DNA of 64,000 bases, taken from the sequence record OQ031493.1; one strand, given 5' to 3'. Shown here one piece after another: positions 7,491 to 22,586 of this stretch (its first letter is position 1; every line of letters starts with the position of its first letter). The notes beneath the pieces are model-generated. The model was not told where the DNA came from, did no database searches, and saw nothing but the letters and a program-made list of their open reading frames with translations. Both the position numbers and the translations under genes were made by a program.

Positions 7491-7510
7491 GTAATATACT
7501 GTTTAAAATG
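7491..7510 (-). promoter_or_regulatory. phiKZ-type early promoter
   Basis: - strand CATTTTAAACAGTATATTAC; TATTAC core as described for phiKZ early promoters; near-identical copies at 8679 and 45217. Confidence 0.7.
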
Positions 7511-7520
7511 GTTTGAATAT

Positions 7521-7550
7521 ACGACATAAAGCCTTCCCCTGAGGGAAGGC
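7521..7550 (-). terminator. intrinsic terminator
   Basis: GCCTTCCC/GGGAAGGC stem followed by TTTATGTCGT on the - strand. Confidence 0.75.
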
Positions 7551-7555
7551 CAATG

Positions 7556-8044
7556 TTAAACCGATGAATCTATCCACGGTGGATAAACAACCACAATCTG
7601 GTTAGGCATGTGATTAGACCAATCTTCAATGATAGTTCTAACATCAGAGAAATCTAATCCACCATTAGCACACCCTAGAGGTGGTATGATAATTTTCCAA
7701 TCTGGATGAATACAGTCTTCTTCATTTTCCGCAGAATCCGATACGTTCTCCATCATCCACTCTAGACCACGTTCAATGAAACTAATTTGAGATGGGTTCC
7801 GCCAGTTATCCTTAGTAGGAAACATCATGAAACGTTTACCATCGGATGCTTTGTAAATAACCGGATTACCAATAGTAATAATTCTCTTTTTGCAATCGTG
7901 TTTGTATCTTTCAAAAAGTTCAGGATACTTTTCTTTAAACGATTTAGCTAAACCAGCGCCCATGACGCCAACAACATTAACAGTGATTAGATAAAGATCA
8001 CCAGGTACATTGAATATATCTTTACCTATAATAAATTCAGCCAT
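7556..8044 (-). CDS. DarG-like macrodomain protein (ADP-ribose hydrolase fold)
   Basis: TVNVVGVMGAGLA, FPTKDNWRNPS and PPLGCANGGL match the macrodomain of the DarG type. Confidence 0.85.
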   Translation of the reverse strand: MAEFIIGKDIFNVPGDLYLITVNVVGVMGAGLAKSFKEKYPELFERYKHDCKKRIITIGNPVIYKASDGKRFMMFPTKDNWRNPSQISFIERGLEWMMENVSDSAENEEDCIHPDWKIIIPPLGCANGGLDFSDVRTIIEDWSNHMPNQIVVVYPPWIDSSV

Positions 8045-8124
8045 GATAATGGCTCCTTCTACAAGAGTACTAATGAGAAGATCAGAATATAGACCTTCTC
8101 ATTAGATTGGGTGCATTTCCAGGC

Positions 8125-8517
8125 TTATTGGATTTCTGGATTAGCATTGTAGAAGCCAATATAAGCCTTATTAAATTTCAAGTAATAATTATACTCTGAA
8201 GGCTCACCAGTTATTTCCCTAAATACCTTAGCAGTTATAACTTCGAACTTAGAACGCCTTAGCATTGGGAATAATTTCTTACTGCGCGATAGCTCACACA
8301 ATCTAATCGAGATAGCTTGATCTTTAAATAAACCTGATTTAGTAAAGAAGGCACCTTCATGAAGCCATTGAATTACTTCATTAAAGTCTGCGCGCCATTT
8401 CCTATGCTCATTTAAAGTTTTACCATTTATAAGATTCCATAAAGCTTTAACTTTAGATCCAATAGTAAAAATACCTATTACCATTACTGCTAGACATATA
8501 GCAATTATAAATGACAT
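8125..8517 (-). CDS. membrane-anchored hypothetical protein (130 aa)
   Basis: Start moved to MSFIIAICLAVMVIGIF (AGGAGG SD). Confidence 0.7.
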   Translation of the reverse strand: MSFIIAICLAVMVIGIFTIGSKVKALWNLINGKTLNEHRKWRADFNEVIQWLHEGAFFTKSGLFKDQAISIRLCELSRSKKLFPMLRRSKFEVITAKVFREITGEPSEYNYYLKFNKAYIGFYNANPEIQ

Positions 8518-8678
8518 ATGTCCTCCTAAATACCATTGAAGATTAAAGTTCCTATTAGTGAGAGAATGAATAATACGACTACATGATGAAGTTTTATCCA
8601 TGTTTCAGGTACTACCGGTTGTTTAGGTTTATTTAGAGGGATGTTTTTCATGTATATACTCCACATTAGTTCATATGC

Positions 8679-8694
8679 GTAATATACTGTTTAA
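8679..8694 (-). promoter_or_regulatory. phiKZ-type early promoter
   Basis: - strand TTAAACAGTATATTAC, overlapping the upstream stop codon. Confidence 0.65.
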
Positions 8695-9113
8695 GATCTT
8701 TCAAATACACCTTTCCAATTAGTAGGTCTTGGATATGACCTAGGTAGTGATTCAGAATGTATAATGAATCCCTCAATATCCCCTTCTTTTGTTTTAACAG
8801 CAACTATATCTTTGATAATACCTTTTATTTGTAATAAGCTATTCATAATCTCACGATAGAGTTGATCAAATCTATTTGCAATGATATTAGGATTTATTGG
8901 ATAACCGCAAATTGATTTATAGAAACTACACATTACATCATTGTATCTATCTGGAACACATGTCCAAAAGAAATTATGTCGTTCTTTAATATAAAGAATA
9001 ATCAGGTAGTTAAAATCATCTTCATCTTTTGCGGTATAATTAAAGTATTGTTTTAATTCAGAAAAGAATTGTTGTGACCACCTCACATCAACTCGTATAA
9101 ATAGTTGTTCCAT
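8691..9113 (-). CDS. conserved hypothetical protein (gp102/103 position)
   Basis: Start moved to MEQLFIRV (AGGTG SD). Confidence 0.7.
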   Translation of the reverse strand: MEQLFIRVDVRWSQQFFSELKQYFNYTAKDEDDFNYLIILYIKERHNFFWTCVPDRYNDVMCSFYKSICGYPINPNIIANRFDQLYREIMNSLLQIKGIIKDIVAVKTKEGDIEGFIIHSESLPRSYPRPTNWKGVFERS

Positions 9114-9129
9114 AATACACCTAAATAAA

Positions 9130-11103
<1,974 letters not shown>

Positions 11104-11107
11104 GGTA

Positions 11108-14163
<3,056 letters not shown>

Positions 14164-14188
14164 TTAAGATCATAAGATCATGGTCTAA

Positions 14189-14217
14189 CAGCATAAAAGG
14201 GAGCCATGAAGGCTCCC
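14189..14217 (-). terminator. intrinsic terminator
   Basis: GGGAGCC/GGCTCCC stem followed by TTTTATGCTG on the - strand. Confidence 0.7.
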
Positions 14218-14228
14218 CGTTATGTTTG

Positions 14229-16679
14229 TTACTTAATGGCACGATTCACAGCAGTGTTAATTGCATTGGTAAGAGCTACAATGTAATCAACTAGAATGGT
14301 GTGGTTTTCAGCCGATTGGCCAACAACTTCCCATACTGCGCCAGCTAGTTGCCGGACTTTCTTTTTACCGGCTTTACTATCCATGCTAGCCACTTTAGAG
14401 ATATCACGGTTAGCTTGGTCAAGACGACGTACACCACGGTTACCGCTAACTTTTAGAGAGGCATTACCAAGACCAATTAGAACTTTAGAAAGTTTCATTA
14501 GTTCAGTAACGTCTTTACGGCTAACTTTAGCAGTGCCAGTGCCGGTAGCACCCCATTCACCAGTTGGAAGTGCAATAGCTGCTAGTCGTTCAATATCTTT
14601 ACTGGTTCGACCAGTGACATCACGGCCAGAGCGCTCAAATACAAAGCTACCATCTAGTTTTCCACTAATGAATGCGCTTTCAGGATATTTCTTAACAGGT
14701 ACTTCTAATTTAGTTGCTTCTTCTAGAGCCTTATCAATAGCTTCTTCACTATCAGCTTCAATAGCAGTTGCTAGATGACCAACTAAACGTTCGATGTATT
14801 CACCATCGATTTTAAAGCATTTGTTAATAATATCGCTAATACGACGAACCTCTCCAGCAACACCACGCACTAGATTATCATCACCTTTTAGAATACCATT
14901 AATTTTGATTTCTTTACTTTCAAAATTATCAGTGTCTTTAAGCTTAACTAGAAGTTGGTCAGCTTTAGTATTAGCTGCGGCGAGTTCTTTTTGGTTAGCT
15001 TTAACATGGATGGATGCATTTGCACCTTCAGCAATATTGTCGATAATATTTCGAACAAACTTACCAATAGTGCTATTAAATGATTCTAGTGAAGTAACCA
15101 TCGCCTTATAGTAATCTTCTAGATTACCATAACCATAATCTTCCATTGCTGGAATACCAGGTGAATAGACATCAAAGGCATTGTGTAGACGTTCTAAGCA
15201 GCTATTAGCATGAACGATGAACTGAGGGCTATACTGCTTATGTTCTAGTCCATAATGCAGAATCTCAAGCATTGATTCATTTGATGCCTGCTCTTCAAGT
15301 AATTGACCAATGGTCTTCTTACTGTCCTCAACTTCATCTTCAAGATCATCAGCTTCAGCAACTGCCTCATCAGCAGCTTCATCTGCTTCTTCAACATCAT
15401 CTTCAGTTACTTCTACATCGACATCTGGAATATCAATTTCACCTTCAGCTAGTTTCTCTTCGATGTCATCTTCAGAGACATCATCATCAGCTTCAGCGAC
15501 AATTGTTTCACTATCATCTTCAACTGCACCTTCTTCAATTGTTGGTTCAGCAATAGTAGATGCTGTTTCAGTTTCAGCAACTGTTTCTTCAGTTTCAGCT
15601 TCATTAATTAGCACGTCTGTAGAATCATCGGCATCGTCAGCTAGTTCATCTTCAGTTTCATCACGCACTTCTTCCAATTCGCTTAAGCCCTCTTCAGCCA
15701 CTTCTGCTGTTTCGGCGGCTTCTGCTTCAATTGGATCGGTTACAGCCACTTCCTCATCAACAACCACTGTATTATCAGGATCTGCTTCAGCAGGAATACT
15801 TTCAGCTTCTGCTTCTACTACTTCAGCTACTTCACTATCAGTTGTATCCGGCGTATCTTCAACGGTTTCAACAACTTCAGTTTCAGCATCAGCCACAGCT
15901 GGTTCAGTAATATCAGTTTCTTCAGTTTCAGTGATTTCTACATCAGATTCACTATTAGTGCTATCATCAGCAGTTGTCTGCTCAGCACCTGCTTCTTCCG
16001 GTGTCACATCATCATCGATACCAGGAACCGTTTCACTTACGACTTCGCCAGCATCTAGTACTTCATCTGGTAGTGTATCCATGGTCGATGACACGGGTTC
16101 ATCGCCAGCCGGAAGTTCTTCAGATAGTGGTGCAGGCGGTGGAGTTTCATCACCAAGTGGAGTTTCATCAGTGGGAGTTAATTCCACTGCTGTTTCACCA
16201 GGTGCTTCTGCAACAGGTACTAGCTCAGTATCATCAGCCGCATCTTGTGCAGCTTCAATAATCTTAGTAGTTGAATCTAGGACTTCTTTACCACTTTCAG
16301 AAATTGTACCGATTTCCTCAGCGATTTCAGCTTCAGCAGCTTTAACTGCTTCTTTGCCTTCTTCGGCACTAGTGGTGGCTAGCGGTTCAGGAATGCTTTC
16401 CTCAACAACAGTTTCTTCTGGTACAACTTCTTCAACAATTACAGCTGACTTATCAGCAGCATGTGCAGTTTCCTCATGTTCTTCAGCAGAGACAATATCG
16501 GAATCTGTTTTAACAGTTTCATTCTCAACAGTTGCAGATGCATCATTATCTTTCTTTAAATCTTGAACTAGTTCATGATCATCTTTAACAGATGTCTCGA
16601 CTTTGGATACATCCTGTTCCACAGCCGTACCATCTTGGCTCTCAAGGCTGGCTACATATTTGTGAATATTTACCATCAT
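14229..16679 (-). CDS. internal head (ejection) protein, gp97-like, with very long acidic propeptide
   Basis: 816 aa; about 530-aa D/E/A/T-rich N-terminus with many (S/A/G)-x-E sites, ending at TSLE-SF. Confidence 0.75.
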   Translation of the reverse strand: MMVNIHKYVASLESQDGTAVEQDVSKVETSVKDDHELVQDLKKDNDASATVENETVKTDSDIVSAEEHEETAHAADKSAVIVEEVVPEETVVEESIPEPLATTSAEEGKEAVKAAEAEIAEEIGTISESGKEVLDSTTKIIEAAQDAADDTELVPVAEAPGETAVELTPTDETPLGDETPPPAPLSEELPAGDEPVSSTMDTLPDEVLDAGEVVSETVPGIDDDVTPEEAGAEQTTADDSTNSESDVEITETEETDITEPAVADAETEVVETVEDTPDTTDSEVAEVVEAEAESIPAEADPDNTVVVDEEVAVTDPIEAEAAETAEVAEEGLSELEEVRDETEDELADDADDSTDVLINEAETEETVAETETASTIAEPTIEEGAVEDDSETIVAEADDDVSEDDIEEKLAEGEIDIPDVDVEVTEDDVEEADEAADEAVAEADDLEDEVEDSKKTIGQLLEEQASNESMLEILHYGLEHKQYSPQFIVHANSCLERLHNAFDVYSPGIPAMEDYGYGNLEDYYKAMVTSLESFNSTIGKFVRNIIDNIAEGANASIHVKANQKELAAANTKADQLLVKLKDTDNFESKEIKINGILKGDDNLVRGVAGEVRRISDIINKCFKIDGEYIERLVGHLATAIEADSEEAIDKALEEATKLEVPVKKYPESAFISGKLDGSFVFERSGRDVTGRTSKDIERLAAIALPTGEWGATGTGTAKVSRKDVTELMKLSKVLIGLGNASLKVSGNRGVRRLDQANRDISKVASMDSKAGKKKVRQLAGAVWEVVGQSAENHTILVDYIVALTNAINTAVNRAIK

Positions 16680-16778
16680 GTTAATATACCTTCTGTACAG
16701 AGTTTATGAGTTATGCTATTCGTCTTAGTCATAACTCCAAGCGACGAACGTTAACATTCAAAATATTGCGCTGGAATC

Positions 16779-17894
16779 TTACTTTAGATTTTCATCGCAT
16801 ACATTGAGTATGGCAGTCAAATTACGACATGTTAACTTAAATAGGTCATGATAAGGAATAGCCAACCAATCAACATATGTTTCTACCAATGAAACAAGTT
16901 CTTGTATTTCTCTATCAGGCCGCCCTTCATTACGAGCACGTGTTAGTTCATCTCTAAACCTGATTAACGCGCCTTTAAGAGTCCTTAACCGTTCATTTCG
17001 ACGTGTACGCATTGACGCAGCATTTGCACGATTGATCTTATCAACTACCTTAACAACTCGATCAATAATACTTTCAGTAACTTGATGGTTGAAATGTTCA
17101 AATTCTATTTCAACTGGTAGTGGTCTAGGGGTTTCTTCAGATGGAACTAACCGTGAAGAAATATCCCTACACTGATCATAAGCACTTGCATTCTTATCAG
17201 GATTATAGTTAATTACAATCTGATGATTGCCTAGCAAATGCAACGATACAAATCGATTACCTTGATCACGATAAATAGATGGCGTGGTGATTTTAGTTGG
17301 AGCACTGTTTAATAGTAGTTCTGCTAATGCATCTGGACTAGCATTTGGAGTCATATACGAGGGTATGATACTAGCTGGTCTTAGGATGACATTGTCTAAT
17401 CCATTAATATACCCATCAACTACTGTCTCTAACACACGTAAGTGAGATAGCAAATTAGCACTATTGGTAATGGGTTTATATCTAACACTTAAGTTCTGAA
17501 TACGGGTTGTAATTAGGAATGTAGGATTCTTATTTTTACGAGTTCTAGCACGACTGTTAACTCGTAAGTTTTCTGCTCGAATTGCAACATATTCAGCTGT
17601 AGCTGCTAATACTACTCCACTATCCATTAGTTTCTCAATAGTGGTGACAAATAGTTTAATAACTCGATCAATGACATGTTTAATAGTATCACTAATATCT
17701 TCAGTAGATACCACATCCTCTAATTCTTTGATAACCCCTTGGATCTGATTATAATCTTCCATGCCACCTAATAGATCCATCACTCGCCTAGCTAATGCTT
17801 CATCGCCTGATAATAAATCTGCAAGTCTTTTAGGTTCATCAAGATCAATAATCATTTCATCTGGTGTATCTTTATAAATATCAATTAATTCCAT
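16779..17894 (-). CDS. internal head protein, gp96-like
   Basis: 371 aa; GME and STE candidate protease sites in the N-terminus; synteny. Confidence 0.65.
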   Translation of the reverse strand: MELIDIYKDTPDEMIIDLDEPKRLADLLSGDEALARRVMDLLGGMEDYNQIQGVIKELEDVVSTEDISDTIKHVIDRVIKLFVTTIEKLMDSGVVLAATAEYVAIRAENLRVNSRARTRKNKNPTFLITTRIQNLSVRYKPITNSANLLSHLRVLETVVDGYINGLDNVILRPASIIPSYMTPNASPDALAELLLNSAPTKITTPSIYRDQGNRFVSLHLLGNHQIVINYNPDKNASAYDQCRDISSRLVPSEETPRPLPVEIEFEHFNHQVTESIIDRVVKVVDKINRANAASMRTRRNERLRTLKGALIRFRDELTRARNEGRPDREIQELVSLVETYVDWLAIPYHDLFKLTCRNLTAILNVCDENLK

Positions 17895-17912
17895 TGCTAA
17901 CTCCTAACATAA

Positions 17913-17936
17913 GACGGGACTCTTCCGAGCCCCGTC
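17913..17936. terminator. hairpin, probable terminator
   Basis: GACGGG...CCCGTC stem between two head genes. Confidence 0.5.
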
Positions 17937-17955
17937 AATATGCCGTCACCTATCA

Positions 17956-19599
17956 TTATTCTGCTTGGAATTTAGTGTTAATTACACTATTATAAAGTCC
18001 AGTTGCAGTATTTGCGTAACGCATTGCTTCACGAATAATGGAGTCATGTTTAGGTGCACTATCTGTAATAATAGATGCTACCTTACGTGATACTTCTTCG
18101 ATCTGTTCTTTAGAAACATCGTCGATTTTATCACTCTCTAATTTTCGTGAAAGTAGATCAACATCATCTTCAAGTTGCTTAATGGCTTTAACAATATTCC
18201 GACCGCCAGTGATAACATTAGCTGCATCATCAACCAGATTACGTAAAGCTACTGCTTCTTTCTTAGCTTGACTCTTATCAAAGTTCTTTAAAGTCACTTC
18301 AGTGCCAGGTTCTGCGGCTGTCTCGTCATCCGTTAGATATACTTGAGTAGCAGTCGTAGTTACAAGCTTATTACCCGGTAAAGTATTAGATGTACTAGCG
18401 TAGTGTTTGAGAGGTCCATCTTGAAGTTTGTCCATCTTCTCAACTAATTCACTAGCATCATTACGTTCTGGATCCCAAGCTTTAAGCACAGTGCCAATAT
18501 TCGTTAAGTAGGTAGCATAGTCTTTTGCATAAACGGATGCCATCCATTTAATGATCGGACCATATCCAACATTAGCTGAAGGCTGAATGAATTTACCATT
18601 AGCAAATACGGGTCCACCATTTTTAACAGGAACCGTTAATTCACTGGGTATATTTTCAAACTTAGCATTTTGGATAGCTAAAATGAGTTCATCAACTTTT
18701 ACGCTAACACGCGGTACACTATTCTTAAGACTATTCCATACGTGGCTAATAATTTCACGTAGTTTAGCAATAGCTTTCTTGATATAAGCAAGTGCCTTAC
18801 GACTTAACTCTTTAATATCTTCAGTTGAAATCTTAACTGGATATAAATGACTTTTACCACCAGTCGTATAGTTTTCTAATGAGCTAGTTAAAGTATTATC
18901 ACCAAGTACATGACGATGTGGTAAGAGTGCAGAATGAATAAATGCAGCTGTGCTCTGACTGATACCATTTACACCAGCTTGTCGAACAAGAGCTTTAATT
19001 GACTCTAGAGCATATGCGGTATTTAGACCTTGATTGATATCTTGCACTGCTGTAGTAACTACTTGTGCATTACCAATGTCCATGAAATCAGTAGGTTTAT
19101 CCATATCCACTGCAACAGCGATCTGTGGCACCACGCCATTATGTGCTAGTGGAATAGAACTATCTTTGGCAGCCTGGTCAGCGATTTGCTGAGTTACTGT
19201 TTCACCACCTTGTGGATCCTCTCCTTCGGCACCTGCTGGAATAACTGTTTCAACAGCAACATTAGGTTGTTCAGGAATAGGGGGTACTTCTGTTACTACA
19301 TCTGTTTCAACTACGGTAACTGGTACAGTAGATTGTTCAACGAGAGTAGCAGCTGGAGTCTCAACAATAACGCCATCATTAGGGGTATTAATAATAGTGG
19401 TATCTGCTTCCACCGGTGCAGTTGGTGTTACACCAATATTATTGTCAGCTACATCTTGAATAGTATTTTCAGGTACAGCGTCTTCAGAAGTGCAATCGCC
19501 ACTAGTCATGGCTGCTACTTTATCAACTGCTGTTTCAGGAATAGGTACCTCAGTATAGTCTTCTAGACTATCTAGATACTCATTGAGTTTAAATGTCAT
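17956..19599 (-). CDS. inner-body/internal head protein, gp95-like (phiKZ_IP-type paralog)
   Basis: SLE, ALE, SLE and ISTEDIKE motifs typical of the phiKZ gp93/94/95 paralogs. Confidence 0.75.
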   Translation of the reverse strand: MTFKLNEYLDSLEDYTEVPIPETAVDKVAAMTSGDCTSEDAVPENTIQDVADNNIGVTPTAPVEADTTIINTPNDGVIVETPAATLVEQSTVPVTVVETDVVTEVPPIPEQPNVAVETVIPAGAEGEDPQGGETVTQQIADQAAKDSSIPLAHNGVVPQIAVAVDMDKPTDFMDIGNAQVVTTAVQDINQGLNTAYALESIKALVRQAGVNGISQSTAAFIHSALLPHRHVLGDNTLTSSLENYTTGGKSHLYPVKISTEDIKELSRKALAYIKKAIAKLREIISHVWNSLKNSVPRVSVKVDELILAIQNAKFENIPSELTVPVKNGGPVFANGKFIQPSANVGYGPIIKWMASVYAKDYATYLTNIGTVLKAWDPERNDASELVEKMDKLQDGPLKHYASTSNTLPGNKLVTTTATQVYLTDDETAAEPGTEVTLKNFDKSQAKKEAVALRNLVDDAANVITGGRNIVKAIKQLEDDVDLLSRKLESDKIDDVSKEQIEEVSRKVASIITDSAPKHDSIIREAMRYANTATGLYNSVINTKFQAE

Positions 19600-19686
19600 G
19601 TTATTTCCTCAAGGAATTTCTTTGCGCGCGTTTAACAATAAACCATAGAATTAGGTACTTAGATAAAAATGAACACTTAGATATAT

Positions 19687-21204
19687 TTATTGGCCATATC
19701 TTTCTAATTCCATATTACAAACAGCATTTCGTTGCTTTGCAATACGTAATAGGTAACTAATTAGTGTGGCGTATTCAGGAGACATATCTGTGATAAAGCC
19801 ATTAACTAAAGATATAATCTCATTTGCATCATCACGAGCACCTTTCCAAATAGCTCTAGATCTACGTAGCTCCATGTCTTCAATACCCTGTGCAACTTTC
19901 TTCAGTTGTTCAAGGATATCTTTTTCAGCTTTAAATAGATCACCTAAACGACGAATAGTTTCTTTATTAACTTCTAATGTTTTACGTACTTCAACAGGTG
20001 ACCTTGGCTCGATCGTGATTGTATCTGGACCATCGCCATATTTATCTTCACCAAGTCGTGGAGCATATTTATCTTTCTGGAATATAAGTTTACTATTACC
20101 AGGTAGAGAAGTATCTTTTACTTTATCTAACTGATTAGCTTCACCAATAAATTCAAAAGCCTCTTTAAACTTATCTAGCTCATTATCTTCTAAGTCGTAA
20201 TCTTTAATTAATTTAACTACTTTATCAATGTTTGATCTAGCTATATTTGGCCATTCTTTAGCTAGAAATTGACTAACTTTTGTTTCATTAGTTAAATCAT
20301 CTAAAACAAATTCATCACCAATGAATAACATTTTAGGATTGTCAATCTTAATTGACACATCAAAATCAGGTGTTACCCTTTCATTTGATACGGTTGGTTT
20401 ATTGATTAGGCTTTTAGCTTTTTCAATTAACTCATCAGTTTTATCTTCAACCGATTTGATCCCAATTAGTATACGCTGAGCAGCTAATTTCGCTTGTTCA
20501 ATAACATGAAGTATTAAAGCTAATATCTTTTTACCTATACTTTCAATACGTTCTTTTATTTCTTCTTGAGAAATAGTTACAAAACGCATAGCACTGCTAG
20601 GCACGGCATTAAATTCTTTAGTATTATTATTTTCAAAACCAATTAGTTTATCAATTGATTCTAAAGTGACTTGCATAAAAGCAGCTGACTGCTTAGTAAT
20701 ACCTTTATCACCAGCGGTATCTAATAAATCTATAAAACATTCTAAACTACTACGCGTATGTAGTAGCTGATTTAGCTGATATGTCATGTTTTGAGATGGA
20801 GGTGCATCATACGCAAAGATATTTAAATGGTCATCATCACTATCTAAATCTTTACCATCCACTGGAGTAGGTCTATTATCAGGACTTTCTCGGGTATCAT
20901 GGGGTGATACTGGATATTCTTCTGATGCAATGTATGTTTTACCAAATGAATCAACTTCAGTAACTAAACCACGATCACTAGACCAATGGATATTGGGTTT
21001 ATGTGCTTCTTCAACATCTAACCCATTATTAGTTGCTTTTACATCATTTGGTAATTCATCAATTAACTTGGCAGCTTCTTCTGGTTCTTTAGATATTTGT
21101 TTGTCATCTATAGCAGCGTGCTTTAGTTTGGCTTTCGCGACTTTTTCTTTTACTTCGACAACGCCATAACCTTCTAAACTATCAAGTAACTTATTTAAGT
21201 TCAT
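19687..21204 (-). CDS. internal head protein, gp94-like paralog
   Basis: SLE...SLE...ISQEEIKE; shares a QSAAF.Q..LESI segment with its neighbours. Confidence 0.75.
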   Translation of the reverse strand: MNLNKLLDSLEGYGVVEVKEKVAKAKLKHAAIDDKQISKEPEEAAKLIDELPNDVKATNNGLDVEEAHKPNIHWSSDRGLVTEVDSFGKTYIASEEYPVSPHDTRESPDNRPTPVDGKDLDSDDDHLNIFAYDAPPSQNMTYQLNQLLHTRSSLECFIDLLDTAGDKGITKQSAAFMQVTLESIDKLIGFENNNTKEFNAVPSSAMRFVTISQEEIKERIESIGKKILALILHVIEQAKLAAQRILIGIKSVEDKTDELIEKAKSLINKPTVSNERVTPDFDVSIKIDNPKMLFIGDEFVLDDLTNETKVSQFLAKEWPNIARSNIDKVVKLIKDYDLEDNELDKFKEAFEFIGEANQLDKVKDTSLPGNSKLIFQKDKYAPRLGEDKYGDGPDTITIEPRSPVEVRKTLEVNKETIRRLGDLFKAEKDILEQLKKVAQGIEDMELRRSRAIWKGARDDANEIISLVNGFITDMSPEYATLISYLLRIAKQRNAVCNMELERYGQ

Positions 21205-21233
21205 TTACAATTCCTCAAGAATACTTAATTACA

Positions 21234-21263
21234 TAGCATAAGAGGAACCCCGAAGGGTTCCTC
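21234..21263 (-). terminator. intrinsic terminator
   Basis: On the - strand GAGGAACCC-TTCG-GGGTTCCTC followed by TTATGCTA. Confidence 0.75.
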
Positions 21264-21273
21264 ATTATGTTTG

Positions 21274-22581
21274 TTACTTCTCATCATTCTCAGGTGCTTT
21301 AGAAGTTTCTTTGCCGTACGCAGCTAATTCATGTTTAACAATGAATGTATACTGCGCAGCGATGCATTTAGCAATATAGTTAACTAGTGCACTATTATCA
21401 ATGCCACCAATATTCAGTGCATCACGCGCTGTTTCTTTTGACATGCCTGCTTCATCAGGATTCCAATCAGCTAGGGCCTTTTCAAGATTCTCTGCAATCT
21501 TGTAATCGATCTTATTAAAGTCTTGTAGTTTGATAATAAGACCTTTAAGAATATTAAGATGTGCTAAGATCTTACTCGGTGCACGGACATCAACTTCAAC
21601 TTCATGTAGATCAGTGTCCCCATCACCCTTAACAACTTCCCACTTATTTACACCTGACTTAGAAGAAGTAACTTCTAACTTTACATTACCAGGAGCTTTC
21701 TCAACGGCTTTATTAATATCTTCAGCCATCTTAGTTTGTAAATCACTGGTGACCTGATTAATGTCAATAGACTCGTCACCTTTTAGATAACGTACTCCAA
21801 GTTCACCATATTTCCTAAGAGCAGATACATACTGAGTTGAGAATACAGTCATGAAGTCTGCAATAGTCTTCGGATTATTTGCAATAAAGCCACCACTAGA
21901 TACCATATACTCAGAAGGAGTAAACTTAATCTCTTCTTCCTTTAGATCACCGGCTTTGAGTGATTTAATAGCATCAATAGTTTTAGTAATACGCATATCA
22001 AGTGCAATCAGCTTAGGATTAAAATCTTTAATCTTCTGCTTTATCATTGCAACAATCTTCTTGATAATCTCTAAAGCTTTCTTACCTGCTTCTTTTAGTT
22101 TCTCTTTGAGGTCTTCAAGAGAGATAACTGCTGCTTTCTGAATAGCACTGCGTGGGGAAGCATCGTAATTCTCAAGCGCGGCAGTGAGTCCAGATTTTTC
22201 AATACCTAGGATACGATCGATTGATTCCATACCAACATGCATGAAGGCAGCTGCTTGTCGAGAGATACCATCTTCACCAGCTTGAAGTAAAAGACCTTGG
22301 AACTTTTCAAGTGCTTCTTTAGCATCTTCAATTAGCCCTAGTTCATCTTCAGCTTGAACAATAGTCACTTCAGTATCTAACGCAGTGGGCTGAACAGCAT
22401 CATCTGCATCAAGAACTTCTTCTACGGGATTATTTTCAATCTGATCTACTTCTGCTAAAACGGATGATACATCAGCAGAAGTTTTATTTTCAACGACTAA
22501 TTCAACATCACCATGAATCGTAGTGCCTTGATCTTCAATTGATTCAAGTGATAGTTTGTCTAGCATTTTAAGTAGAGACAT
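21274..22581 (-). CDS. inner-body protein, gp93-like paralog
   Basis: SLE...QAAAFMHVGMESI...ALE...ISLEDLKE. Confidence 0.75.
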   Translation of the reverse strand: MSLLKMLDKLSLESIEDQGTTIHGDVELVVENKTSADVSSVLAEVDQIENNPVEEVLDADDAVQPTALDTEVTIVQAEDELGLIEDAKEALEKFQGLLLQAGEDGISRQAAAFMHVGMESIDRILGIEKSGLTAALENYDASPRSAIQKAAVISLEDLKEKLKEAGKKALEIIKKIVAMIKQKIKDFNPKLIALDMRITKTIDAIKSLKAGDLKEEEIKFTPSEYMVSSGGFIANNPKTIADFMTVFSTQYVSALRKYGELGVRYLKGDESIDINQVTSDLQTKMAEDINKAVEKAPGNVKLEVTSSKSGVNKWEVVKGDGDTDLHEVEVDVRAPSKILAHLNILKGLIIKLQDFNKIDYKIAENLEKALADWNPDEAGMSKETARDALNIGGIDNSALVNYIAKCIAAQYTFIVKHELAAYGKETSKAPENDEK

Positions 22582-22586
22582 GTTAA

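Noticed and set aside
15310-16566. 418-aa Ser-rich + strand ORF (and similar antisense ORFs at 14296, 15272 and 15974)
   Set aside because: Mirror of the GAA/GAT/GCT/ACT codons of the acidic head protein on the opposite strand; no SD and no protein-like features.
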